Shown one piece after another: positions 15,741 through 24,969 of a stretch of DNA of 32,000 nucleotides. Each line of letters opens with the position of its first letter. The stretch's first letter is position 1. Made by a program: the position numbers and the translations under genes. The stretch is taken from positions 2,070,001 through 2,102,000 of the forward strand of contig NC_003272.1 in the NCBI RefSeq assembly GCF_000009705.1, written 5' to 3'. The notes under the pieces were generated by a model that worked only from the letters and a program-made list of their open reading frames with translations, had not been told where the DNA came from and did not search any database. The stretch comes from Nostoc sp. PCC 7120 = FACHB-418. GTDB lineage: Bacteria > Cyanobacteriota > Cyanobacteriia > Cyanobacteriales > Nostocaceae.

Positions 15741-16394
15741 AGAAAGAGATTTTTTTGCTGCTATTAACCTTGCAAAGTTCTCTTGGCAGACTACTAGGGA
15801 AGAATTTTGGAGTCAGTTATCCCCTCTTTTCCCTTTTCCCCAGAGGTTGATTGAATTTTCTTTAGTTGAACTTAGAGTCTATGCTATGGTTTAAAACCAA
15901 GATTTTACTTTTGATAAAATTGCTCATCTCCCACTCCTGAATTTGATGATGAACAAAACGTACATTGGGTAATTTTACGTAATTAGCATACAACTACGTC
16001 TAGCTTTAATAAAATCAAAAAAAATGAGGGATTTACTTACGTGTAAACACGAAAAGTTCAGTAAAAACTCAAACTATTGTTGACTTTAAAATAAAGTTGA
16101 TGTGAAAAGCTTTAAAAACCTAGAACAACTTCTTACAGAAACTTTATTGTATATAATCTCAAAAACTGAATAATAGTTATGGCTTACCTGAAATACAACT
16201 GACACAGGAAGATTCAATCTTCGACAATAAAAATCTATCTAAAAAAAATCAGGAGCATGGAATGGAAGATAAATGCGGTGAATTGAAAAGAAATTGTTAA
16301 TTCAGGCAAAACGAATTCAAAAGACTATACAGAAATTTTGTAGGAGATATATCTCCTCAACTTCATACCACCAAGCACAGGAATCTCTAAAACT

Positions 16395-16676
16395 ATGAAC
16401 TCGAAAGCATTACCACGGCAAATAAATAATATAGAAGTCGGTGTCTATGAGTGCGAAATACATCTCAAATTCCGGTTAGTTGAGGAAAAAAGCTTGTTGG
16501 GCGATCGCGAACAACTGATGCAGATCCTGCTAGATGCCCTAACGGAAGGATCGGATGACTTTTTAGAGATGCTACAAGCGTCTGTAAAAGCACAAGAAGT
16601 GTCTGAGTTTAAAGCATCACCTCAAATGCGTCGTCAATTGATGCGTTTACGTAATGCTGTTGATACTAATCAATAG
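16395..16676 (+). CDS. Small (93 aa) conserved protein; possibly the asr1734 / Npun_R1517-type heterocyst-development regulator
   Basis: Clean ATG ORF with coding-like composition and one HIP1 site, standing alone in ~1.8 kb of otherwise non-coding DNA. The functional name rests only on remembered PCC 7120 locus order (all1731 PP2C, ndhM, asr1734, ..., alr1742 dnaK, all1743 por, alr1744 sqdB) and matching strand. Confidence 0.6.
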   Translation: MNSKALPRQINNIEVGVYECEIHLKFRLVEEKSLLGDREQLMQILLDALTEGSDDFLEMLQASVKAQEVSEFKASPQMRRQLMRLRNAVDTNQ

Positions 16677-17251
16677 TTAGAAATAAAGTTGCAATTTGAG
16701 TAGTGGCAAATCAAATACTGGGCAGAAAATCTTAATTTTTTATAAGTTAGCCCATTTACCTATTTGCTCTAAATATTGAGTTGGCTTGTATAACTTAATG
16801 CCTTTGTTAATAAGCTCAAATTTACCCTACTCTCCGAAAAGCTAAATAGAGCATCTACAATCGTAGTTTTTACCATTTACTGTACTTATATAGATGAGTA
16901 ATTACTAGCACTAATGTTTTGTTTCTGAGACTGATAAAAGTTTTGGAGGTCTTATTTGTGATGGCAATGGCTCTGACCAGGGTTTTACTTCTATGTGCGG
17001 AGATTAATAGTAAAAATTGCCCCAAATTCTGCAATGGCATCTCTCACATCTTAAAAAAAATTGACAGTTGATGCTGCAATATCCTTAGTTATTAAATGTA
17101 ATAGTATTTGTACTGCTACTTAAGATATTTCCCAATACAGTTCGAGCTTTTGAGGCAGGGAAGGCAGGGGAGGAAAGAGGGTTATCCTTTCCTTTCCTGG
17201 CTGAGTAAAGTGTGCTGTGGGAAAAGTTAAAGTCCTAGTTTATGTTGAATT

Positions 17252-17328
17252 TTGTTGGCGTAGCCTTTCCTGCGGAGCGCTACCGCGTTCGCCAAAGGCG
17301 TTCTCGCAGAGTACCCGTAGGGTATGAG
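17252..17328. repeat. Small dispersed repeats immediately downstream of the response-regulator gene
   Basis: TTGTTGGCGTAGCCT is identical to 7072-7086. The rest (tttcctgcggagcgctaccgcgttcgccaaaggcgttctcgcagagtacccgtaggg) has the GC-rich hairpin character of the other copies. Confidence 0.6.
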
Positions 17329-17344
17329 TGAATTTTGAATTGAT

Positions 17345-18040
17345 TCATTTGGCTAGTCCGTGTTCCAAGGCAAAACGCACTAACTCAGTACGGCTGTTAG
17401 TTCCTGTTTTGCTGAACAAACGACTGACGTATTTTTCGACGTTACGCACGCTGGTTTCGAGGCGGCGGGCGATTTCTTTATTCATTAGTCCTTCAGCTAC
17501 CAAGTTTAAAACACTCTGTTCTCTGGGAGTAAGGTCAATTTTAAAAGGCGCTGGTGACTGGGAAATTGCATTCCTTTGAGTTAATAAAGCTTTGATTTGA
17601 GCAATTTGATTTGCTAGTTCGGCTATATCTGGTGTTTCGCCTTCTTCGGTGGTTTTTTGAGGCTTGCTGTTGCGACGGATAAGTAAGTTTTCGACAATGG
17701 CTACCAGTTCATCTGGGTCGAAGGGTTTAGGTAGATAAGCATCAACTCCAGCTTGATATCCCTGGATGCGATCACTTGTCATCCCTTTAGCTGTTAAAAA
17801 TACCACGGGGAGTGATTGAAAGCGGGGGTCTTCGCGCAATTGCTTGAGAAATTGATATCCGTCTACCTGAGGCATCATCACATCGGAAATTACGAGGTCT
17901 GGTGTGCTTTGCTGCATCAAATCCCAACCCTCACGGGCATTACTGGCGACTTGAACGCTAAAACCACTTTCTTGCAAGTAGTCTTTGACGGCTTCTCTCA
18001 ATCCGGGTTCATCATCTACCAGTAACAATTGTGCTGACAT
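17345..18040 (-). CDS. NarL/FixJ-type response regulator (REC plus LuxR HTH), Rre1/Ycf29-like
   Basis: 231 aa. REC: LLVDDEPGLRE...DLVISDVMMPQVDG...VVFLTAKG...KPF. C-terminal LuxR HTH: LTPREQSVLNLVAEGLMNKEIARRLETSVRNVEKYVSRLFSKTG. Confidence 0.92.
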   Translation of the reverse strand: MSAQLLLVDDEPGLREAVKDYLQESGFSVQVASNAREGWDLMQQSTPDLVISDVMMPQVDGYQFLKQLREDPRFQSLPVVFLTAKGMTSDRIQGYQAGVDAYLPKPFDPDELVAIVENLLIRRNSKPQKTTEEGETPDIAELANQIAQIKALLTQRNAISQSPAPFKIDLTPREQSVLNLVAEGLMNKEIARRLETSVRNVEKYVSRLFSKTGTNSRTELVRFALEHGLAK

Positions 18041-18105
18041 CTAAAAATTTCCTATGGTTTACCTTGTTCCAATGTAGCGAATCATGGATCGAAAATTCAA
18101 ACTTC

Positions 18106-19074
18106 CTACAACCATTCAATTGTCTTCGCTTCTTCGGGTAGTTTGGTATTCCGTTGTCCGACTGCACGCGCTCTAGCGGTGAACAGACTAATGGGAGTAT
18201 TGAATACATCTACCAAGTTGGCTTTACCTGCGATCGCTTTGGCGCTGTCCCGTGGTAATTCTTTAATTAACCAACGTGTTAAACGGTAGCCAATATCTTT
18301 GAGGCTGATATCAGGCATTAAGTTTACACCATGTAGTTCGTGCAGATAACGATTGGAGCGCCCGTAGCGTCGCCATTGACTGGCTAGCTCCTTGAGTGTG
18401 GCACGGTGACGATGCTGGACAATGGCATCTGGGGCAAATTCTAAACTACCAATATTTGACCGCAAAATTCGCCAACAAATATCTGCATCACCGCCAGTAG
18501 TGAGATAGGGACGGAACAACCCGGCTTGAGTAAAGGCAGTGCGTCTGATGGCTAAGTTAGCTGTTTGACCGTAGGGACAAAAGCTATTAGCTAGGGTGTG
18601 CTTTTGCGAGAGTGTATCTTGGCGGTCTGCGTGTTTTTCTAATAAGTTTTTTCCTGGTAAAGCAGCGATTTCACCTGCAACAATTACCACTACTGGATTG
18701 ACAAAAGGTTTAATTAGTGCATTCAGCCATTGGGGTTGGGGACGGCAATCAGCATCTGTGAATACCACAATTTCACTAACAGCAGCCCGGATTCCCATGT
18801 TACGAGCCGCATAGGAGCTTTGAATTTTATTTTCGCTGAGGGGACGAATATTAATTGGGGAATTAGCCGCAGATTTTTCGATGAAGGAGAGGGTGCGATC
18901 GCTGCTGTTATTATCTACCAATAAGTACTCTACCCTTTCTGGGGGATAGATTTGAGATAAAAAACAGCTAATTAACTCTGGTAAATCTGCTTCACCGTTA
19001 TAAATAGGAACAACCACCGATACCATTGGCAAAAAGCTGTTGGCGGTGGTTGGATCATTTTGCTGATGATTCAT
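18106..19074 (-). CDS. Family 2 glycosyltransferase
   Basis: 322 aa. VSVVVPIYNGEADLPELISCFLSQ...LLVDNNSSDRT...VFTDADC is the GT-A fold GT2 signature, including DxD. Confidence 0.88.
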   Translation of the reverse strand: MNHQQNDPTTANSFLPMVSVVVPIYNGEADLPELISCFLSQIYPPERVEYLLVDNNSSDRTLSFIEKSAANSPINIRPLSENKIQSSYAARNMGIRAAVSEIVVFTDADCRPQPQWLNALIKPFVNPVVVIVAGEIAALPGKNLLEKHADRQDTLSQKHTLANSFCPYGQTANLAIRRTAFTQAGLFRPYLTTGGDADICWRILRSNIGSLEFAPDAIVQHRHRATLKELASQWRRYGRSNRYLHELHGVNLMPDISLKDIGYRLTRWLIKELPRDSAKAIAGKANLVDVFNTPISLFTARARAVGQRNTKLPEEAKTIEWL

Positions 19075-19261
19075 AAAACCTGAGAGTGTGGGTTGGGAAA
19101 TACTAATTTAGTATAGGAGTGAGTCAGATATTCTCTGCCTGACTTCTTTCTTTTTCTAGTATTCCCGCACCACTCAGGTTCTGGTTATGGCTCCAGAATT
19201 ATGGAGCAAAAAAATGCTGATATATGAACACCTGGTAACTAATCACTCATAGAACAGATTT

Positions 19262-20599
19262 TTAAAACTTCAACTCATTGGCACCTAGACTCATTGGTTG
19301 ATTGTTTTGATTGAGGGGAGGACGAGCAAAGGTATTGCTAGATAATACAGCGATCGCACGGGCATATTGCGGATCGTTTTGAGTTCCAATTAGTTTGGGG
19401 TTGGTGGCTAATTGGCGTTCCTGTGCGTCGGTTAACTCTAGTTTGATGTCTGGTGTAATACCTTTATGGTTGATGTCTGTGCCGTTGGGGGTATAGTAGT
19501 GAGCGATCGTCACTGCCAAACCTGAACCATCAGGTAGTTCATGAACTGACTGGACTAAAGCTTTGCCGAAGGTTTGACCACCAATTACTACAGCTCGTTT
19601 ATTATCCTTGAGCGCACCAGTCAGAATCTCACTGGCGCTAGCTGAGTTACCATCTACCAATACTGCCAAGGGGAGTTTTGTTAAGGCAGTCCGGTTAGCT
19701 TTTGTATCTTCGTTAAATCCCTGACGGTTAACGGTGCGGACAATGCCACCATCATCTAACCACATCCGAGCAATTTCAATACTGGCTTGTAATAAACCAC
19801 CAGGGTTTCCCCGTAAATCTAATACATAAGAATCTACTTTTTGACCGTTCAAATTGCGGATAGCTCGTGCCATTTGCTCGGCGGCATGGGCGCTAAACTC
19901 CCGTAAGCGGATGTAACCAACCCGTCTGCTACCTTCTTGCTTGAGGTTGTACACAACGGTTGGTACTTCTATTTTGGCCCTTGTGAGCTTCAAATCAAAA
20001 GTGTTGCGGCCAGTACGTCCTAGACGTAAAGTAATGGCTGTACCTTCTTTACCGCGAATTAATTTAGAGGCATCATCCACTTTCATTTGCTGAGTGGGTT
20101 TGCCGTCAATTGCTAGGATTTCATCACCTGCTTTAATCCCAGCTTTCAAGGCTGGAGAGTTTTCTATGGCTTCTAAAACAGTCAGCCGCTTGGTTGTTTC
20201 GTTCAACTCCATGCGGATACCTATACCAGATACTTCCCCAGATGTTTGACTGGTAAGGACTTCAAACTGCTTGGGGTCCATAAACCTTGTATATGGATCG
20301 TTGAGCCTTTGCAGGGCTTCCCGAATCGCCACGTAAGCTTCTTCTTTAGATGAATAATCTTTGCTTAATAAACTTTTTCTAACTGCCAGCCAATCTTGTT
20401 GATTAAACTTGCCGTCAACATATTCGTTATTTACTAATTGCCATACTTGGTCTACTACCGCTTTGGGGCTGTCTTGTAAAGCGGCACGAACGCTACGAGT
20501 CCAAGCCGGGCCAAATACAGATACAGTTGCTGTTGTAGCGATCGCTCCTCCAATCATAGCAACCTGGAGCAGCGAGTGATGTTTCGCAGATGAGTTCAT
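19262..20599 (-). CDS. S41-family carboxyl-terminal processing protease (Ctp) with PDZ domain
   Basis: PDZ segment (GIGIRM...AGIKAGDEILAIDG), then LDLRGNPGGLL, NSASASEI and TFGKALVQ (Ser/Lys dyad context). The listed ORF begins at a TTG (20641). I prefer the first ATG at 20599 (MNSSAKHH...), which is followed by a membrane anchor. Confidence 0.9.
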   Translation of the reverse strand: MNSSAKHHSLLQVAMIGGAIATTATVSVFGPAWTRSVRAALQDSPKAVVDQVWQLVNNEYVDGKFNQQDWLAVRKSLLSKDYSSKEEAYVAIREALQRLNDPYTRFMDPKQFEVLTSQTSGEVSGIGIRMELNETTKRLTVLEAIENSPALKAGIKAGDEILAIDGKPTQQMKVDDASKLIRGKEGTAITLRLGRTGRNTFDLKLTRAKIEVPTVVYNLKQEGSRRVGYIRLREFSAHAAEQMARAIRNLNGQKVDSYVLDLRGNPGGLLQASIEIARMWLDDGGIVRTVNRQGFNEDTKANRTALTKLPLAVLVDGNSASASEILTGALKDNKRAVVIGGQTFGKALVQSVHELPDGSGLAVTIAHYYTPNGTDINHKGITPDIKLELTDAQERQLATNPKLIGTQNDPQYARAIAVLSSNTFARPPLNQNNQPMSLGANELKF

Positions 20600-20922
20600 G
20601 TATATCAGCAGGGATTTATTGTGATTTTGACAGTTTAGCAATCAGACTTTCGGTAAAGTTTTAAGTTTTTATACTCAATTTTCAGCTACACTCCCCTCAT
20701 TAATTCTCCCCTTTAAAGTATGCTAATATTTTGCATTAATTTATTAACAATCATTACTATTTCTTTGAGTTTCTTGGCTAGTCTAATCTAGCAGTGTGAC
20801 AATAGTGTGACAGTTTTATTACTGTCATCTTTACACCCCATATTAATTTTATAAGATAGCACTTCTCTTAGAGAATTGCTGGTCTTTTAAGCTTAACTAA
20901 CCAAGCTTTTTTATCTTGTGTC

Positions 20923-21621
20923 ATGAGGCGCAAATTCAACAGAAATTTATCAGTCCCTACAAGGGAAGATATAAGGAAAAAGTGGCAATTAATACAAAAA
21001 CTTGTGTGGGTTTTATGTCTGGTAATTGGCAGTTGGCTAATCATCACCACTATAACCCTAGTTTTTGCTTCTTCCCAGCCTCCAGATGCCTTCTTTGTCC
21101 TTGGCGGTAGTATTAGACGGGAAATTTATATTGCCCAAATAGCCAAACAATATCCACAAATTCCCATTTTAATTTCCCAAGGTTCTCCAGACCCATGTAT
21201 CAAGCTAATTTTCCAGCGTGAGGTGGCAGATTTGTCTAATGTTTGGCTGGAAAAGTGTGCCAATTCCACCTTTGAAAATTTCTACTATGGAGTGCCAATT
21301 TTAAAACGTTGGGGAGTGCATAAAGTTAGACTAATTACTTCACCCACTCATTTACCAAGAGCTAAATGGATGGCACAGATTCTTTTAGGCGCTCATGGTA
21401 TTTGGGTAGAAGTTGAGGTCGTTAAAGAAACTGGTGTTCCTGGTAATCGGGAGTCTTGGATCAAAACAGGGTTAGATGTCACTCGTAGCATATTATGGGC
21501 TGGCTTGAGTCAAATTATTCAGCCCCAATGCCCAAAAGTTATGCAACTGAGCAAAGTAAATATGTCAACTTGGCAAAGTCGAGGTTTTAAGTGTGAATAT
21601 CAAGGGGACTTGAGGATGTGA
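20923..21621 (+). CDS. YdcF/DUF218 family protein with an N-terminal TM anchor
   Basis: 232 aa. A TM helix is followed by DAFFVLGG...ILISQG...STFENF...LITSPTHLPRA, the pattern I associate with DUF218. Confidence 0.8.
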   Translation: MRRKFNRNLSVPTREDIRKKWQLIQKLVWVLCLVIGSWLIITTITLVFASSQPPDAFFVLGGSIRREIYIAQIAKQYPQIPILISQGSPDPCIKLIFQREVADLSNVWLEKCANSTFENFYYGVPILKRWGVHKVRLITSPTHLPRAKWMAQILLGAHGIWVEVEVVKETGVPGNRESWIKTGLDVTRSILWAGLSQIIQPQCPKVMQLSKVNMSTWQSRGFKCEYQGDLRM

Positions 21622-21630
21622 GAGGTTAAC

Positions 21631-21662
21631 AATTCAAAATTCAAAATTCAAAATTCAAAATT
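21631..21662. repeat. Tandem heptamer array (AATTCAA) x 4.5
   Basis: aattcaaaattcaaaattcaaaattcaaaatt read directly, starting 10 nt after the DUF218 stop. Confidence 0.9.
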
Positions 21663-21695
21663 AAATACAGCCACCCACAAGGGGATGAGGAATCT

Positions 21696-21744
21696 GGTAA
21701 TGGGTAATGGGTAATAGGTAATGGTAGTCCAATTACCTATTACC
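21696..21744. repeat. Tandem heptamer array (GGTAATG/GGTAATA x 4.4) that also forms a 13-bp hairpin
   Basis: ggtaatgggtaatgggtaataggtaatggta. GGTAATAGGTAAT (21710-21722) pairs with ATTACCTATTACC (21732-21744). It lies between convergent genes and could act as a bidirectional terminator. Confidence 0.8.
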
Positions 21745-21857
21745 TGCATTGGCAGGGTGAGCAACTTCGACCACCCACGTTCGCGTAGAGTCCCACAGGG
21801 AGGACTCCGCTTTTATGAATTTTAGTGGCGGATTCTTTTCCTCTCCCAGCAAGCATT

Positions 21858-24455
21858 TCATCGCAGTGCTGCTACACTTAAGGGGCCGCGAGTTACACCT
21901 AGCTGATTTTGTAGTTTTAACTCTCGCCACAGTTGAGAACCTGTAATTTCACCTTTCAGTAATTGATGATAACGCTGTATTGTTTTAGTTACTTGCTCAG
22001 GTGTCTCATTGACAAACTCAAGGCGGAAGTGACGTAAACCCAAGCTTATCAAACGCTGTACGTATTCTGCTCCGGTTTGGGCTGTGCCGTTGAATACAGT
22101 ATTACGGCAGCCTGCGTCTGCTTGTAGGACGTGTTCACTACCCACGCGATCGCGCAATTTCACTTCATGTTTTTCACAAGGTCTGCCACAATTGGTATAG
22201 TCAGTTCCTTCTGAGAGAAAGGCGCAAAATACACAATGCTCCATGTGGAACATTGGTATATGTTGATGGATTGTCACCTCAAACCACTGGGCTGGGCAAC
22301 TGGTAAGTAAGTTTTCTAGTTGATTGATATTTAAATCATAGGATGCTGTCAACCGTTTCAAACCAAAGTTTTGCTTAAAGTAGTCGGCGGTTAAGGGGTT
22401 GGCAACATTCAGCGAAAAATCACCAATGCAAATATCGCCTGCAAAAAATTCTAACTGGTCGTAGTTGCGGATCAGATAACCATCGGCGTTGGCGGCGCGG
22501 ACTTGCTGTAAAATCCAGTTTTCGCCGGGTTTGGTAATGCGGGGTGGGGCGACGAAGATTTGGGGAAAAGCAGGGGGCAGGGAGCCGGAAGAGAAGTCGC
22601 AAGGAGGGTTTCCCTCCGGGCGAACTTCGGGGGCAGAGGGAGGGCTTAGTTTTTGTTTTTCTTGTCTGACTTCATGTACTATTTTTACTGCTTCTTTGTA
22701 GGTGCGGGGATCTTCAAATTCGCAGTATAGGGTTTCGACATCGGTTTTTAGGGCGGCTTGGAGTTGCTTGAGGTTGCGGACTAGAACGATGAGGGAGGGG
22801 GAGATAGGGGATGGGGGAGATAAAGGGGGGAGGAGGTCTTGAAAAGAAACATGACTACGTAGTTGCCAGCGTTTCGGTTGACTGCGTAATTCTTCTAATT
22901 GAGTGACAACTTCTCGCCGCATCCGATTTAACTCACTGACGGGAACCATGACAGCACCACTGAGGTGATTGGTGAGGGTTCTTAAACGGAAGGGGGTGTT
23001 ACCAAGACGACCGAATTGTTCTTGTAGACGTTCTGTATCTAAGGGTTTGGTGTGGGCTGCAACTAATGAGATTGCTGATTCTACTTGTACAATGTTACCG
23101 AGTTCATCGCGGGCGATCGCTATCAATGGCTGACCAATTTCCCCATGAATTTCCCAGTCTATGGGACGTTGAAATTGGGGATTATCGCCAGCAAAGCTTT
23201 GGCGCAGCTGTTTATCAAGTTCTGGGTCGCTAGTTTTCCACAGTTTATCTCCTACATGAACGCGGCGGAAGTTCACATTACCTTGACCAAAGCTTAATAC
23301 TGCTTCTTTACCCTTCTGCACTACCCCATAGACTCGACCGCCTTCTTCTTTTGCCTCTGGATGACCACAGTCAAACACCACACCATCCCCTGGCTTCACA
23401 GGCGCTTCTAATTTAATTGTCACCTCTTCATGGCGAATGCGGCTGACTTCACCTAAGTAAACCCCTCGCTTCTTGCCAAATCTGGCGTGAACTAGTTCTT
23501 GATTGTTAATTCCCTGAAACCAACCCGTGTAAAGTCCACGAGAAAAAGCCATTTCTAAGTCGTAGCGTTCTTGATGTGATACATGATCCCTTTGTGAGTG
23601 TCCTATCACCCGATCTAATGCTTGTCGATAGACACGGGTAACATTAGCCACATACTCTGGAGCTTTTAACCGCCCTTCAATTTTGAGACTTGTCACTCCT
23701 GACTTGACCAAATCAGGCAAGATTTCTAATCCTGCTAAATCTTGGGGGCTGAGTAAATATTTGCGTTCCCCTAAATCTGTAATTTCCCCATCAACAGTTA
23801 ATTCATAGGGCATTCGGCAAGCCTGGGCGCACTCACCACGATTAGCAGAACGTCCCCCCAAGGCTTCACTAGTCAAACATTGACCAGAATAGGCTACACA
23901 TAAAGCCCCGTGAACAAAAACTTCTAGGGGTAGAGAAGCAGCCCTTTGAGCAATCTGCTGTTGAATCTTGTTAATTTCCGCAAGAGAACATTCACGGGCT
24001 AGTACTACCAATTCACAACCAAGAGACTTGGCAAATTCCACGCCAGCCGGGCTAGTGATGGTCATTTGTGTGGAAGCATGAATGGGAAAATCCGGTGACA
24101 GATGACGGATAAGCCGACAAATACCCACATCCTGCACAATCACCGCATCCACACCAGCAGCAATAATTGTGCGGAGATACTGCTGCGCTTCCCCCAATTC
24201 TTGGGGAAAAATCAGTGTATTGACGGTGACATAACCTTTCACACCCCGCAGGTGCAAGAATGCCATTAATTCCGGTAAATCCGCCTCAGTAAAATTTTGC
24301 GCCCGCATTCTGGCGTTAAACCTATCCAAACCAAAATAAATCGCATCTGCCCCATTTTCTATAGCAGCTTTAGCACATTCCCAGTTACCAGCCGGTGCGA
24401 GGATGTCAGGACGTGGAAAGGAGGATTGGGGATTTTGTCTGTCAGCGCTTTTCAT
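21858..24455 (-). CDS. Long-form U32 family protein (peptidase U32 / DUF3656 type)
   Basis: PDILAPAGNWECAKAAIENGADAIYFG and the U32 signature EVFVHGALCVAYSGQCLTSE...ANRGECAQACR. The listed ORF starts at a TTG; the adjacent ATG at 24455 is more likely. Two repeat-derived Pro-rich segments are embedded (see findings). Confidence 0.9.
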   Translation of the reverse strand: MKSADRQNPQSSFPRPDILAPAGNWECAKAAIENGADAIYFGLDRFNARMRAQNFTEADLPELMAFLHLRGVKGYVTVNTLIFPQELGEAQQYLRTIIAAGVDAVIVQDVGICRLIRHLSPDFPIHASTQMTITSPAGVEFAKSLGCELVVLARECSLAEINKIQQQIAQRAASLPLEVFVHGALCVAYSGQCLTSEALGGRSANRGECAQACRMPYELTVDGEITDLGERKYLLSPQDLAGLEILPDLVKSGVTSLKIEGRLKAPEYVANVTRVYRQALDRVIGHSQRDHVSHQERYDLEMAFSRGLYTGWFQGINNQELVHARFGKKRGVYLGEVSRIRHEEVTIKLEAPVKPGDGVVFDCGHPEAKEEGGRVYGVVQKGKEAVLSFGQGNVNFRRVHVGDKLWKTSDPELDKQLRQSFAGDNPQFQRPIDWEIHGEIGQPLIAIARDELGNIVQVESAISLVAAHTKPLDTERLQEQFGRLGNTPFRLRTLTNHLSGAVMVPVSELNRMRREVVTQLEELRSQPKRWQLRSHVSFQDLLPPLSPPSPISPSLIVLVRNLKQLQAALKTDVETLYCEFEDPRTYKEAVKIVHEVRQEKQKLSPPSAPEVRPEGNPPCDFSSGSLPPAFPQIFVAPPRITKPGENWILQQVRAANADGYLIRNYDQLEFFAGDICIGDFSLNVANPLTADYFKQNFGLKRLTASYDLNINQLENLLTSCPAQWFEVTIHQHIPMFHMEHCVFCAFLSEGTDYTNCGRPCEKHEVKLRDRVGSEHVLQADAGCRNTVFNGTAQTGAEYVQRLISLGLRHFRLEFVNETPEQVTKTIQRYHQLLKGEITGSQLWRELKLQNQLGVTRGPLSVAALR
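22591..22633. repeat. 43-nt dispersed hairpin repeat inside the U32 coding sequence
   Basis: gagaagtcgcaaggagggtttccctccgggcgaacttcggggg contains the palindrome GGAGGGtttCCCTCC. It is identical to the split copy at 15629-15740. On the coding strand it is translated as APEVRPEGNPPCDFSS. Confidence 0.85.
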
Positions 24456-24969
24456 CAAGTTTGCGAAAGGTTATGTATCACCGTAGTAATTTTATCTAAG
24501 AAAAACTGGGGACAGGAAGGGAATCAGCAATTACCAATGATGTATTTATATCAGTAACTTAACGTAATTAGTGGAGCGATCGCGTCATTTATTGCCGGGT
24601 TTATCTTAGGCAAACCAGGGTTATTTATCTCTAAAGACGGCAAACACCACATTAACGTTACGGTTGACCCTAATTACTCAAAGTATTAATTCTCATAAAT
24701 TAGACAGAGTGACAGCAGTTTAATCCATGAACCAGCTAAAAACAAATTTTAAAATTAACCGTCCCATTCAAGGTTCGGGAAACCACCCTTCATGGACTGG
24801 CGATCCCTGAGCTTCAGTATATATATCAGCATAACTTGGAATTTCCCAGCCAGGAAGACCAAATCAAAGGTTATGGATACTGAACTGACTGCTTTTTTCA
24901 CTAGTTAGTTCAAGAATTAAGCCCTTTATATTCCCATTCATTTGTAGTTATACGGAGCCAGCACCTAAA

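Noticed and set aside
15400-15894. 164-aa plus-strand ORF
   Set aside because: It overlaps the ndhM start in antisense and then simply reads through the nested dispersed repeats (15629-15740). The G-rich repeat translation is not protein-like.
15895-16394. Search for NtcA (GTA-N8-TAC) and DIF-type (TCCGGA) promoter motifs upstream of the 93-aa ORF
   Set aside because: I found only imperfect matches, for example GTA-N8-AAC near 16060 and GTA-N7-TAC near 15979. None is good enough to report as a site.
18012-18209. 65-aa ORF bridging the response-regulator and GT2 genes
   Set aside because: It overlaps both well-supported genes in other frames and spans only a 65-bp intergenic gap.
21631-21726. 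Heptamer arrays as a possible CRISPR array
   Set aside because: The units are 7 bp and directly tandem with no spacers, and no cas genes are present. These are STRR-type microsatellites.
21733-21930. 65-aa minus-strand ORF overlapping the 3-prime end of the U32 gene
   Set aside because: It is largely repeat and terminator sequence, and its upstream end overlaps the last ~70 nt of the U32 CDS in another frame.
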